NCBI RefSeq assembly: GCF_018977255.1
Contig: NW_024704743.1
Span: 99,698,001-99,762,000 of the forward strand
DNA: 64,000 bases
DNA from: Callorhinchus milii
Lineage: Eukaryota
Direction of reading: 5' to 3'
Within the stretch, counting starts at the first letter, position 1; each line of letters opens with the position of its first letter. Positions 1-13,240 of this stretch are shown here, piece after piece. Position numbers and translations under genes: made by a program. Below the pieces are notes generated by a model. That model was not told where the DNA came from. It ran no database searches and was given only the letters and a program-made list of their open reading frames with translations.

Positions 1-917
1 TGGAGCCGAGGTCTCATAAGTTGCTGAGAAATGCAAAGGTTTCCTACTGGAGAAATATTTTACAATGCAAGAGTCTTTTTCCAGCCGTGAAGCCCCAGTG
101 ACACTTATAACAACTTGCATTTATACCGAGTCCTTCACGCCCGACAGCAGCTTGGAGCGCTTAATTGTTTTCCTGAAGAACATTTTTCACCCTCCACCTC
201 CTACCAACATGTTTAATACAAGTTAATTCTTATAAGGAGAGAAAGGAGCAAAAATTCCAAATTGTCTTTTGGTCCAAACCTCCTGTGTTCTTGGGATTTA
301 GCACTTTTCTTTTGTTATCGCATAAAACAAGAAAAGAAGGAAAGTTTAGTACAATGATCTCACATAGATTTGGGAAATAGGAGCTGGAGTTACAGTAATG
401 TTTGATCCCAGTGCAGGAAGCACATTGACCAGAATTGGGTCATCAGGCTGATTCATCCTTTTGCTGCAGAGTGAAATGCCTGACACTCTGCAAGGATGGA
501 CTTATTTTCAGCCATTCTTACGTGAGTACATCAATTCTGAATCATTAATTTTTAAATCTGTTCCTGTTTTTTTAAGAAAAAAAAAGGCTTGCAAGACGTC
601 AGATGAAATGAAACAGGAGTCAGAAATATTGTGAAAACCAGCAGACAAAACTGGCCACTTAACTTCCGGCTTTGTTGCTGCCAGATAACTGGCACATTAG
701 TGCCAAAGTACCATGTACTTATCAGAGATTTCAATATATAGGAAAACACCACCAAAAAAATGCCTTCACAAAGGGCATTTTGCATCAAGAGGCAGTCCCA
801 AGTTGCTGGAAACATCTCAAAGTGCTTCACAGAGATACACTGGGAGCTCAATCAGGGAAGAATAGGTGGGGCGATAAGAGAGATGTGGCTTAACAAACAG
901 ATAAAATTATAAGTTTT

Positions 918-1067
918 TTAGATGGCTTTAAAAAGCAGCAAGTGAGGTGCGATGTACAGAGAGTTAGGGAGAGAGTTCCAGGTGTTTGTAGCAAAGTTGC
1001 TGAAAGCTCCCCCAGTGATGGTAGGGTGGAGAATGTGCAACACGCCTGAGTTAGCGGAGGGGAGGGA
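918..1067 (-). mobile_element. Old L2 LINE 3' fragment
   Basis: Minus-strand translation LHILHPTITGGAFSNFATNTWNSLPNSL...FKA matches the L2 ORF2 C-terminal motif (G.RAFS...P.LWNSLP) seen in the better-preserved copies here. Confidence 0.6.
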
Positions 1068-1099
1068 GTGAATGGGGAAGTGGAACCTCAGAACATCAG

Positions 1100-4000
1100 A
1101 GATTGGGCAGGATTGTGCACTACCTCCTCGGATTTCACTGCCCTTCTCTCCTCCCTGAACCTCACCCTTCACTTTAACTCGCTGACCCACAACCGTGGCC
1201 ACCCCCTCGACCTTATCATCACACATGGCCTTGACATTTCCGACCTGTCCGTCACGGACAAACCCATCTTGGACCACTTCCTCATCTCCCTCTCCTCCCG
1301 CACCCCACTCCTCTCTACCAAGTCCTCCACCATTTTTTTCCGCCCCTGGAAAAGGCTTTCCCTTTGGCCCTCCACCCACAGCAATCCTGATGCAGCCATC
1401 AAGCTGCTGAATGACCGTCTCTCCACAACCTTCAATTCCCGGCTCCCTTGAAATCCAGGGTTGTTTCCAAACCCACCCATTCCCCCTGGGACAACAATCT
1501 TCTCCACTCACTAAAACCCCAAACCGGACTCTCGAGTGCAGATGGCAGAAATCTAGCCTCACAATTCACTGCCAGCTGTGGCTCGAGCACCTCCACACCT
1601 ACCGCCTCTCCCTTTCACAGGTCAAAACTGCCTTTTAATCCAAAGCTATCCTGGAGGCAAACAACAATCCAAACACACTGTTTTCCACCGTCCATTACCT
1701 CCTCCTTGCATCCCCTCAAGCCCCCTCTATCCTCACATCAAACAACAAGTGCAAAGGGATCCTAGATTTCTTGGCCTCAAAGATTGAAAATATCTACTTG
1801 GCTGCATCATCCTTCCCACCCCATGTTTGCTTCCACGCCAACCAGACCATCCACACTGCCTTCTCCCTCCGCCACAGCTCCTGCCACTTCTGCCTTCTTA
1901 CACTCTTTACCCCATTTCTCCCTCCTCCCTCTCGACCAGAATCACCCGCATGTAGTTCACCACCTACTGCCTCAACCCTCTCCCCACCCAGCTGCTGGTC
2001 ACTCTACTTCCCTTCCCCCACTGCTGACCATCACAGTCAACCAGTCTCTTTCCTCAGGCTCTGTTCCATTCCCCCTGAAAACTGTTGTTATCACACTCCT
2101 CCTCACAAAACCCACCTCGATCCCTCTAATCTTTCATACCAACATCCCATTTCCAACCTACCCTTCCTTGTTAAAGTCCTGGAACGCATTGTTGCAGGTC
2201 AACTTTGGTCACACCTCTCCCTCCACTCCTTCCTTCCACCTGCAGTCTGGTATTCACACTGCCCACAGCACAGAGACAGCCTTTGTCAAAGTCACAAATG
2301 ACGTCCTCATCCTCCTGGATCTCTGCCGCGTTTGACATAGTCAACCACTCTATCCTCCTCTACCGCCCTCTCCTCCCTCATCCACCTTAGTGGGACCGCA
2401 CTCATATGGTTCGAATTCTATTTAATCAACTGCCTCCACTTCATCTCGACAAATAGTTTCTCCTCGCAAACCCCACACTGGGCTCTCCCTCAGACTCACT
2501 GAACCAGTGTCCAATCTAGGCATCTGGTTCGACACCCAGCTGTCCTTCCTCCCCCACATCAGGACCCTGACCAGGACCGCCTTCTTACACCTCCACCGCA
2601 TTGCCTATCTCTGACCGTACCTTACCCCAAAAGCAGCCGAAACCCTCGTGCGTGTGCTTGTCATCTCCTGCCTGGATTCCTCGCCAGTCTCATCAACTCC
2701 ACTACAAAAAATCCATCTCATTCAAAACTCTGCTGCACGCATACTTACCCAGACCAAATGCCGTACTCCCTCACATTCGTGTTCAAATTGTTTCACTCTC
2801 TGACACCTCTCTACCTCTCCGACCTCCTCAATCCCCATCCATCACCCGGCACCTCCGCTCAACTGGCACCGGCCTCCTGCTTGTCCCACGCACCCTCTGC
2901 CCCAACACTCTCCCTCAATCCCTCTGCTTTGCCCCCTCTCTCCCCTTGTACATCAACAAGACCGAGGCTCTCCTGATTGGCTCCCATCAGTGCCTCCTCA
3001 CCTAATGCGCTGACAGCAATCACCATCCATGGTTGCACACTCCACCTTGCTAAGCCAGTCTGGAATCTTGGGGTCTTGTTCGACCCTCAACTATCCTTTT
3101 TACCCCACATTTGCCATGACCCGCTCTGCCTTCCCCCACCTCCGCAACATCGCCCGGTTCCGACACTGTCTCACACCGCAGGCTGCCGAAACCCTCATAC
3201 ACGCCTTCATTACATCAATGTTCGACTATGCAAACTTACTGCTTGTCGACCTCCCCAACTCCTCCCTCCACAGGCTGCAGATCATCATTGTGGAGTCCTG
3301 TAGCTCAGTGGTTAGAGCACTCACTTTGCAAGCGAGAGACCTGAGTTCAATTCCAGACAGGGCGAAACCTTGGGCAAGTTTCCTTACTCCACACGCCTAA
3401 TAATAATCCCTCCAAAACCAAAAACAATAATAAATTGGACATTTTCAATCCATGACTGTTTGTGGGACACTGCTGTGTGCAATTGGTTGCCGCGTTCGCC
3501 CACAAATATACAGTCAATTCACTTTACAGTGTGTTCTGTGAAGCGCTTTGGGACGTCCTCCCGACGTGAAAAGCGCTATATCAAATACAAGGATTATTAT
3601 TATTATTATTCAGAACTCTGCAGTCAGTGTCCTCTCCCGCACTAGGATCTGTGACCCTATCACCTCCATCCATGCCCAACTCCACTGGCTTCCCATCACA
3701 CAGAGGATACAGTTCAAGATCCTGGTCCTCACCTTCAAAGCCCTCCATGGTCTTGCTTCCCCCTACATCTACAACCTCTTAACCCCCTAGCATCCTGTTC
3801 ACTTCCACTGCTCAGTGGGCTCTGGCCTGCTGCATGTCCCCCGCCTCACTCGCCCCACTATTGGCGGGCGGGCCTTCTGCCACTCTGCACCACCCTCTGT
3901 AACTCCATCCCGCAGTCCCTCTGTCTCGCCCCCTCCCTCGCCACCTTCAAGATCCACCTCAAGACCCTCCTCTTCGACCGTGCCTTCGATCTCCCTGCTT

Positions 4001-4115
4001 CCCCCCCTGCCCCCCCCTCACCCACCCCGACCCTCAGCTCGGGTCCTAAACTCTGTCTGTCCAGCGTCTTGGGACACCCTCCCGATGCGAAAGGGGCTAT
4101 ATAAATGTCATTTTG
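1100..4115 (+). mobile_element. Degenerate, internally rearranged L2 LINE ORF2 (APE endonuclease C-part, RT fragments, 3' tail), interrupted by a SINE
   Basis: Frameshifted motifs THNRGHPLDLII and ILDHFLI (APE EN), PISNLPFLVKVLERIV, HSTETAFVKVTND, AAFDIVNH (RT), LHWLPITQRIQFKIL, GGRAF; tail GGGACACCCTCCCGATGCGAAAGGGGCTATATAAATG. Confidence 0.85.
3290..3610 (+). mobile_element. Young tRNA-derived (Ala-like head) Deu-domain SINE with L2-type 3' tail
   Basis: Head GTGGAGTCCTGTAGCTCAGTGGTTAGAGCAC (A box), TTGCAAG anticodon-like loop, GAGTTCAATTCC (B box); TTTGTGGGACACTGCTGTGTGCAATTGG core; tail GGGACGTCCTCCCGACGTGAAAAGCGCT plus (TTA)n; splits the L2 codons LQII|QNS. Confidence 0.85.
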
Positions 4116-4121
4116 TGGTAC

Positions 4122-4440
4122 AAAGCACAAAATACTGCCGATGCTGGAATCTGAAACAAAAACAGAGAGAGCTGGGAAAACTCAGCAGGCAGGCAGCATC
4201 TATGGAGAAAGGAAAGTGAGTAAATGTTTCAGGTCCACGACCCTTCATCAGAACTGGGGCATGTTGGGAGGGAGAGGTTTTTAAAGACAAGTTGAGAGGG
4301 GGAGGCAGGACAAGGAAGACAAAGAAGACAAAAAAGAAGACAAAGGAGAGAATGTGTTAGTTGATGAGTCAAAGAGGTGATAATGGCGTACAACAAAAGG
4401 GGGGTTGTACAACAAAAAAGGGGGTTGAGTTGAAATTTGT
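4122..4440 (-). mobile_element. Penelope-like element terminal (pseudo-LTR) fragment, copy 1
   Basis: Nearly identical to 17536-17785, which continues into a GIY-YIG C-terminus; contains a hammerhead core. Confidence 0.75.
4218..4256 (-). ncRNA. Minimal hammerhead ribozyme motif in Penelope-like element
   Basis: Minus strand cagtt-CTGATGA-agggtc-gtg-gacct-GAAA-catttact: CUGAUGA box, stem II, GAAA box; stem III region altered relative to the inferred consensus GAAACGTTGACT. Confidence 0.6.
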
Positions 4441-4451
4441 TTTTGTTGTTG

Positions 4452-4600
4452 TTCAAGTCCCGCCTGAAAACCCTCCTTTTCAGCCGTACTTACGGTCACC
4501 TACCCCGCCCCCGTCACCCCAGTTCAGAGTCAGGCTCCACCACTGTTAAGCGCTCTGAGATGCTACATGGAGGGCATTATATAAATGCAAGTTGTTGTTT
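4452..4600 (+). mobile_element. L2 3' tail fragment
   Basis: FKSRLKTLLF-like coding end, then AGCGCTCTGAGA...TATATAAATGCAAG(TTG)n. Confidence 0.65.
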
Positions 4601-5451
4601 TTGAAGATTAGTGTGAGGATGTTAGAGTCAATCTGCTGAGGAATTGATGCTAAAATTATTGTATAACTCCAGATTTAGAATTATCAATTCCATTTTGACC
4701 CTTTTTCCTGAAGCCAGTTCCAATAGGTGGTTTAGGAACCAAACCAGTCGGTCAAGTCCACGTGGATCCACGGCTGAATGACTCACCAGCACTTATCAGC
4801 GTAAAGTTTGTGGTGTTTCCAATGCATCATTGGCAACATTATCAATCCACTAGGTGGCAGCATCTGACACTCTGACTTATTTGATAATTAACATTTTAGC
4901 TGGGGAGAGGACGGGTTTTACTTTCCTTGAGGGAAACTCTAGACAACAAATATTGAACAGAAACAAATTATTTAGAAGTGACATTAGAACCTACAAGGTT
5001 AAAATATAAAAAGTGTTAGCTTCCAAATTAAAAAAAGGTCATATGACTGGATCTGCAAAAGGACAGCATTTACCAGGAGAGTTACAATATTAAATCCATC
5101 AATAGTTTTGAAATGCTGCAAACTATAGCCCTGAGTAAAGGTTCACATATGAATAATAGTCACAAGGACAAAATGTTAAAGGTCATCCAAGGCCCATAGA
5201 TTTTCACCTCAGTATAAATGGAAAAGGACTCAAATTCCATCATGGGGTGGAGTAATGTTGGTTTATCAGACAGGTCAGTGCATTAGTGGTCCTGGAATCA
5301 ATGAAGAGGCAGAGAGATAAAGTTGGTTGTCATCTACGTACCTGTGGAAGTTATCCCCATGCCTGGAGATGACATTGCTACCAGGTGCATGTAGATATTA
5401 AAAACGATAGGACAGAGGATAGAGACCCAATGAGTGCCCCAGAGAATCATG

Positions 5452-5836
5452 TTCAAGATCCTTGTCCTCACTTTTAAATCTCTCCACAGTCTTGCCCCCC
5501 TTATCTCTGTGATCTTCTAATACCTACCAACCCTGCCTACTTCCTCTGCTCACAGGCACTAGCCTAATTCACATTCCCCACCCCACCTGTCCCACCATCG
5601 GCAGTCAGGCCTTCAGCCTTCCTGCCCCACTCGATCCTAGGCTGCCACTTTGCTCACCTGTCTGAAGACCCTCTTCTTTGACCAAGCCTTCAGTCATCTT
5701 CCCGCTCCCACTTCCCTTGGCCCCCACCCCTCTCAATTCCAACCCCAGCTCGGGTGGAAATCCTCGACTGTACAGTGCTTTGGGACATCTTCCTGACATG
5801 AAAGGCACTATATAAATGCAATTTGTTGTTGTTGTT
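5452..5836 (+). mobile_element. L2 3' fragment
   Basis: TTCAAGATCCTTGTCCTCACTTTTAAA (FKILVLTFK) through GGGACATCTTCCTGACATGAAAGGCACTATATAAATGCAA(TTG)n. Confidence 0.7.
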
Positions 5837-6779
5837 GCTTGTGGTTGCTGCACGTAACAGTGCTAGGGCAGAAGGAGAAGCCATTGGAATAATGTAATCT
5901 CAATAAATGTATCCAACTAAAGTAGATACAATCTCGAGTCACTTTTCTGATTTAAGCTTCAATGTATTAAGAATGAAAAAAGCGAGTGAGTTGGTAGTGT
6001 AGAAATTGTAGATTGATTGATATCAATTTGGAATAAAGTCATTGCAAGCTATTGTAAAAGCATCGCTGGCCAAGGTCCAACAGCCTTGAGATTACTGATG
6101 CCTTATTTTTGTGGCAATTTGAAGGACTTTGGTGTTGTCTTTATACATAGGTCTCATGGTGATTCTCAAACTGTGACCAAATTGTTATTAATGGCCCCTG
6201 TCTGTTATATATGTGTGGAGGCTGAGTCACACTGTTCGTGCAAAGCTTCCTTTTGTCCAATTTTTCAGTTGTCTGTGATTAACAACGCCATGTGAATATG
6301 TAGTGTCTGAACCTTGTCACAGATCCTGGGCATAGTTTCCCATGTTTTACTGCAACAAGTATTTAGGTAAACTAACAAAACAGTCAAACTGATCGGGAAG
6401 CTGCCATCGTGTGATTTGTTCAGTGATCCCACAGCTATTAAGGGGATTTAAATATTCTGTGAGAAGATCTGAACTTTGTCAGACACTGATTGAACATTGG
6501 ATGTGCTGACTTTACATTTACACACCGAGAAATGCCATAACAGTAACTAAGCCAGGAACCAACAGCCTGATTTAAAATGACAATACTCCAGTGAATTTGA
6601 AACATATACTGTAAAATACATTATAGATATCGTGTGAGTGCCTAAGCTACATCCTCTATGATTTATCTATGTATAATTGACTTGAATCTATGCCCCAACT
6701 TGATATCAAGCTACTGTTAAGCTCTCCGAAATACTGCCCTGAGTGAAGGGTGCAACATAAATGCAACGTGTTGTTTGTT

Positions 6780-7030
6780 GACTTACTGACAAGTAGAAAT
6801 AATTTCTCCAAGTTTATGCTGTCTAAACCCATCATCATTTTAAAGACCTCTACCGGGTCTCCTCTCAAACTCCTCTTTTCTAGAGGACACATTCCAGTTT
6901 CTCTACTTTATCTTCATAAGTGAAACTTTTCATCCCTGGTACCACCTCAAGTGAATCTCCTGTATCAATCTTCTCTGTATCTCCTTGTCTAAGGGCTTGA
7001 CATGCCCAAAGCTAAACACAATACCAACTG
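6780..7030 (-). mobile_element. Degenerate CR1 LINE RT C-terminal fragment
   Basis: Minus-strand LEKRSLRGDPVEVFKMMMGLD matches the CR1 motif LE.RRLRGDLIE.YKI..GLD. Confidence 0.7.
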
Positions 7031-10000
7031 CAATCTAAATTCAAATGAGACATTAAACTGAGGTTGCATCCATCTTGCCCCTTCCTTATTCTCTTTTAGA
7101 TCACGACTAAAGACGTTCCTCTTTGACCATGCTTATGGTCACCTCCTCCCTCACCCCGGCTCAATGTCAGGCCCTGCCACTGTTTAGCATTCTGAGATGT
7201 TGCCTTGAATGAAGGGCACTATATAAATGCAAGTTGTTGTTGTTGTTGCTCTTCAGAGGACTGATATACTTAAATCATAAATCATTTTGATCACTTATTT
7301 GATGAGGAATGTTCAGAAGGATGGTAGAAATTCCATCTGGTTCTTGATTTGCTCTATTTATGCATCATTTTTAGAGTGACCAAAATTTGGCAAATTCATA
7401 CAACCTTAACTTTGAAGCTGGTTTCCTGTAAGATATTTTAAGGGAGAAGTGAAAGCACTACCCGTGTTTTCTATCAATCTACACTCTACCAACAAATGTT
7501 GGTAATGTTCTTAACTGCACTGGTGACTATTGCCAAGCTTTAACACCAGCGTAAAGTTATTTGTATTTCACATTGTAATTTGTTGTAACAGTCACAACAG
7601 CATCTATCACATTACTGGTACTGTTGCTAAAACAGCTGAGAGCTAATCTCTATGCATTAGCTTCATAATGATATCTCAAGTCTCAAAAGGAATTATTTAT
7701 TTATTTCAATTTATTTTATATTTTTTGCCTTTGTTCCCCACTTTTAATGCCTCCCAATGGGAATGAGGAGGACATGTTCAATTCTATAGATCCCGAGGGA
7801 CTACCCCAAATAAAAAGGAGTTTCTGGCCAACAATCCCCCAAATAATATTGGGCTTTCACTTCATGGCTATTTGTGGGACAATGCTGTGTGCAAATTGGC
7901 TGCCATTTTTGCCGATAAATATAACTTACAACAATTTCCTGTGAAATGCTTTGAGACATATAAGTTCTATGTAAACAAAAGGACTATTATAAGTGCAATA
8001 ATCCTGTGCAGGACAGTGCCTCCATAACTGTTCTACAGTGCCTTCAATGGCAAGCTAAGCAGTTTTAGCTGGTTGGACTTCAGCAGTCCCGCAATCCACA
8101 CTCTTATCACCTGCACCTAATACTCTCCAGAATTAGATAAGCAGGATACATCCCTCCAGGGAGAGGGTGCACATTCCATTTCAATATATCTTGGGAATTT
8201 CTATGTGTAGGTGGGGTGCATGGAATTCTCTGTTTGGTTTGGATATTCTTAAGCATGGTGATGGGTTTCCGCATGGTTAGACACTTGACTGACCAAATAA
8301 AAAATCAGACCTGATAGCATGTTGTGTTTTCTCAGACTGACATAGCAGGAAGCCAAAGCCATTTTCCCCCCATGGTGATAATCCTGCCTTTCCCGTATTG
8401 TAGGTGCAACTCATAACATTGGATCTGCTATGACTCAATCTTTGGGCTGTAGTAAAGCCTGTGAGCTGTGTTTGCTAACTATGGCCTGATTAATTTGACA
8501 ATTAATAGCGAAAAATTTATAATTAGATCAGATCACATTCCTCACCCCGATCAGTGTTGCAACCAGAGCCACATCCCACTGAAGAAAATAAAACAATCAC
8601 CCCCGTCTCTTTAACCCAGGATATGTGGAGCTTTTATTGAAAAATAAAAAATAATCAAACCAGTTTGAGTTTTAAAACTAGTTCAAATCATTTAAAATGT
8701 CTCACCATTTAAACGTTTTGAGATGTCTCCTGCCTCGAATTCGAGTGGGGGTTGACTTAATGCACATGTGTCTGTTTTGGTGTAAGATAAATAAATTTTG
8801 CTTGGAAAACGCAAGCAGATAATCCTGAGGGAACATGATTGAGTTATGTATGCAATGACCTAGAACTCCAGTCATCTCTGAACTTTGGAGGAGGAGCACG
8901 ACACAGACAGTGCATAGACAGGCAGCCAGGCAGGCAGGCAAATGGATGGATGGTTGGGCAGGCAGACAGGCAAAAAGATAAATAGACAGGTCACTCTAAA
9001 CTGTTTAGTTTATTAATTTTGTTTAGAAAGATACATTTTTAAATAGACATCTAATTCCAAAAGGAATTGAATCCCAAACCATACAAATACAGATTTCCCA
9101 AAACAAGATCTAAACTGACAGCAATCGAGAGGGGTGTTCACTTCCCAGTCAGCGATTATCCTCACTGACTCCGCTTTTCTATTTTTGTTCAAGTGTAACA
9201 AATCTGAGTCAAAGTTCTTGGTTAACAAAATAAATCTCCAGAATAGCCTTAATAAGCATATGGCATTACAAATCATTAACTTGCCTACCAGGATTTTAAA
9301 CATACTATTTTGGGATATTATTGCTAATTGGAATGATATTCATATACTGCACCTTGAAAATCAAACTCTGCTTAACCAGTTTAGGTGTAGCATATATTCC
9401 ATGCTCTGAGATTCCGTTCGGAGTGACGGGCTCCACATAAATGCAAGTTGTTGCCGTTGTGTAGAAAAAAATAGGTCAATGTTTTGCATATATCATATTG
9501 TGTAAGACATATGGGTTGAAATTCCGTTAAAACAGATAATGCCAGTTTGTGGAATGTCTTAGATTGATTCAGTTGAGCATAGATAATCCAAGGGAGGCAT
9601 TCACCTTCTCGAAAACCGGCCAACAAGTGGGAAGTGGCCCAGGCAGTTTCAGCCTGGCATGCTTCTCACTTCAGGACATCACTGCAAATAGCATAACCAA
9701 TGGGAAAAGTGCCTCACATGACAGAAACTGTTTTCAGCAGTGAAACTCCAGCACATGACAATGACTCACCTCTTCGGTTCCAGTCAGACCTTGGCCATAC
9801 CGCATGAGTCAGTGTCATACAACAGGAGTTTAATTGAAAACTATCTCCTTCACATATAATATAATAATATTGCTTTGCAATTAGAAGCAGCAGCCAGTTT
9901 GCGCCGGGTTGTATGTTAAATAAATAATCCTTGCATTTGATGTAGTGCCTTTCATGTTGGGAGGATATGCCCGTCTTAAGATTTACTGTAAAGTGTAATG

Positions 10001-11672
10001 ACTGTGTATGTTATATGTAAAAGTAGCCAATTTTGCAGACATCACATCTCTTTTTGAAGTCCATTGAATGGGATCTTTAACATCCATCTAAATAGGCAGA
10101 AGGACCTCAGTTTAACATTTTTTTGAAGGACAATGAGGCACACTCGTATCATAAGCTTCCATGAGCTTTCATCGCTATAACATTAATAATAATAATGCTT
10201 GCATCTGATATAGTGCCTTATCACAACATCAAGACACCCGAAAGCACATTAAGGTTACATCTCACAGAGTGGTTCATTATCAGGTGGGGTGTTGATTGCT
10301 TTAAAACAGGTAAAATCTTCAGTACTGGTAATTATAGATATGTGGAGCCATTAAATACAATACAAATGAAACAGTTTAACAACCGGAACTTTCCCACTTG
10401 ACTTTTATTAACAATATTAATTTACTTTGACTTGTAGAAACTGAGACAAAATCTCAAAAAGGCATTAACAGTGTGTCAGAAAGCTTCATATTTTTGTGAA
10501 AGAGCACATTAGTGGGAAAGAAAATGCTGGGATCCAAAAGTCATCTATAATAATAATAATAATTCTTGCATTTGATACAGCGCCTTATCACTTCTCCAAG
10601 CCGTCTCAAAGTGCTTCACAGGATAGACTGTAAAGAGAATTGACTGTATATTTTGTTCTATCCACAGAAAGTGAATGTCAAAATGCGTAGGCTAACATTA
10701 ATAGCATCTCTACTATGAAGAGGGATGTGGAAGAATGCAGAAACTGTCTTAATAACTTCAAGAGGCCAGGAAGGTTAAAGGGATTCTGCAATTAATGTCG
10801 AGAAGCTAGAGTGAATCCGTGGGTGGCACCAACATTTACATATCACTATAAAATGGAAAGTAGCCAAATGTTTCCGTCTCATAAGTGAGAAAGACAGAAG
10901 TTAAAGCATGCTCTAGTAATTCTGGTGAGTTTTAACATAACAGCATCTAAAGAGCACTTAACTGGTACAATCAACATGCTGTCCCTGGATCAATTTCCCT
11001 CAATGGAACCAGAGTTTTCTCCAGGGAATCCATCATACAGCATGCATGCTTATAAAACTCACTGGCATCCGAGATCTCAGCAGCATTGACATCTGTGTCA
11101 GCCTGTTCAATTGGTAACAATCTCACCCCTAGTTGGAAGGTTATGGTTTCAAGCCAGACTTTCAGACTTTGAACTCATATAGTCAAGGTCCTGTCTACCT
11201 GTTCAGTCGGGTGTTAAAGATGGCACCTATCAAAAAGAGAAAGGAGTTTTTCCCAGTGTCAATCCAACAATCCCCCAAATAAAATTGCCCATTCAGTTCA
11301 TGGCTGTTTGTGGGATATTGCTGTGGCAACATTCAGTCAGTCTACTTTCCAGTAAATCCTGTGAAGCACTTTGAATCATCCTTCCAATAGGAAAGCTGCT
11401 ATATCAAATATAAGGATTATTATTGTTGTTCTTTGGAACTACATGCCAGTCAGGGAGAAAAACCTGTTTACATTTTGGACGCCTTTTCCAGCAACTATGC
11501 AACGGTTACTCCACCAGAGCACTTTGTAGATGTCAATTGGATTATCTCATTTACTATACAAACATACAGGATTAGTACCAGATATTACTGAATAATCTAA
11601 CGTGGCTGATAATGTCTCATTGAAAAAGATATAAAACACTTAATGGCCAGTCTAATCTACTTTTGATAATCG

Positions 11673-12050
11673 TGTCAGTCTGACTCAATTGGTAACACTC
11701 TTGCCTCTGAGTCAGAAGGTTGTGGGTTCAAGCCCCACATCAGGCTATTGTCTAGGCTAATACTCGAGTGTAGTGCCAGGGGAGTGCTACTTTGTTGGAG
11801 GTGCCATCTCTTGAATGAAACATTAAACTGGGTCCCATCTGCCTGTCGAGTGGACATTTAATATCCCATGGAAGTATTTGAAAAGTGAGAAAAAAAATTC
11901 CCAGTGTTAAATGATTGGGCTATCACTTCATGGTTGTGGTTGTTTGTAGAACATTGCTCTGTGCAAATTGACTACCACATTTTCCTACAAAGACACAGCA
12001 ACTACACTAAAATACCTCTGTGAAGCATTTGAGATGTGTTGACATGAATT
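11673..12050 (+). mobile_element. Older SacSINE1-like Deu-SINE (representative copy; others near 11090, 12680-13430(-), 27680, 32650, 33830, 40250(-), 44860(-), 51215, 52260, 53600(-), 60350(-))
   Basis: Head GTCAG..GACTCAATTGGTAACACTCTTGCCTCTGAGTCAGAAGGTTGTGGGTTCAAGCCCCAC, body GGAGGTGCCATC...ACATTAAAC...CTGCCTG, Deu-like TTGCT.TGTGCAAATTG, tail TGTGAAGCATTTGAGA; recurs with divergence across the window. Confidence 0.7.
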
Positions 12051-12909
12051 ACAAGGGTTTGATAAAGTAGTTGACTATCTAATGTTGAATTGTTAAATTG
12101 ATCCGGAATCTAAAGATCTATGTTCATGAATCCTACTTTGATATCTATGTGAATGATTCTTCCACAACCCAAACTACGGATGGTTCCCAGGCCAAAATAA
12201 TGCACCATCACCTTACAGCAGCAGGAATGAGGGTAAATATATATTATTGGCACCGTGAAACGTCAATCAACAGACAGAACACAACCAACATTTAAAACCT
12301 GCACGACATCACCACCCTAACACGATCCCCCACAGGGAGAGCATGGAAAAGAAAGAAATAGATCATCTGGCATTGTGCTTGGAAAACAAAATGCCACATC
12401 AGCCATAAGAATCACATTGAACAAACAACAAGAAACAGGGAATCCCGACAAGTTTCAGGTCACCAGAAAATGCATTTATCACTGTGCATTTCACCTTCCA
12501 CCAGCCGCATGAAGGTATTACATTTAGCAAGTAGGCTGTGACGAGCTAGCTGAGAACGTCTATTGTCACTGATCTCCTGAGTACACTTGCGTGATCACGG
12601 ATCTCTCTTCTCCATCAAGCTCACAGTTGCCACCATTCAAATCATTTTGCAAGACTCAAATGGCCTGGCAGCTGAAATTAATAATAATAATCCTTACATC
12701 TGATGCCTTCAATGTCAAAAGTCTCAAATCACTTTATTGTAATAACTGTTAAGTTTAATGTTGTATTATAGGTAAAATGTGGCAGTGAATTTGTGAAAGC
12801 AAGGTCCCACAAGCAGCCAGAAGCTGAATAATCAACTAATAATATAGAGAATTATTAGCCAGGACACTGGAAGAAGCTCCCTTCTCTTTTCAAATAGCAC
12901 CAGAACATC

Positions 12910-13240
12910 CAACAACAACAACAAATTACATGTGGTTATCACCTTTAACATTTGGGAAGACATCCCTATCAAGGGTTTGCACCCTAGCTAGTGGTTGGAT
13001 TTGTGAGGACTGGGGGAAAGATGACCGAATGTATGGTCAAAAAGGAAAGACTTGAGATGGATCTTGAAGGGGGTGAGGGAAGGAACGAAGCAAAGGGACT
13101 CCACGAGCTCCAGAGATTGGGGGTAGACATGCTGAAAGCCCAACTGCCAATGGTGGGATGAGCAGGGTGGCGGACATGAAGCAAGCCGCTGCATGCCGAG
13201 TGGATGGAGTAGGCAGGTTAGCAGGGTTTAAGAAAGATAG
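12910..13240 (-). mobile_element. L2 3' fragment nested in an old SINE
   Basis: Minus-strand HPTIGSWAFS...PNLW and FKIHLKSFLFD; (CAA)n on the + strand is the tail. Confidence 0.65.

Noticed and set aside
470..521. Plus-strand exon-like segment (ttgctgcag...TTAC|gtgagt)
   Set aside because: Only 52 nt, no recognisable peptide and no partner exons.
918..1562. 214 aa Gly-rich minus-strand ORF and similar Gly/Glu-rich ORFs (30371, 37180, 42613)
   Set aside because: Antisense or alternative frames of C-rich L2 sequence.
3290..3372. tRNA-Ala(TGC)-like sequence (also at 52341, 60836 and others)
   Set aside because: It is the head of a SINE, continuing into a Deu core and L2 tail, and has no proper acceptor stem, so it is not called as a tRNA gene.
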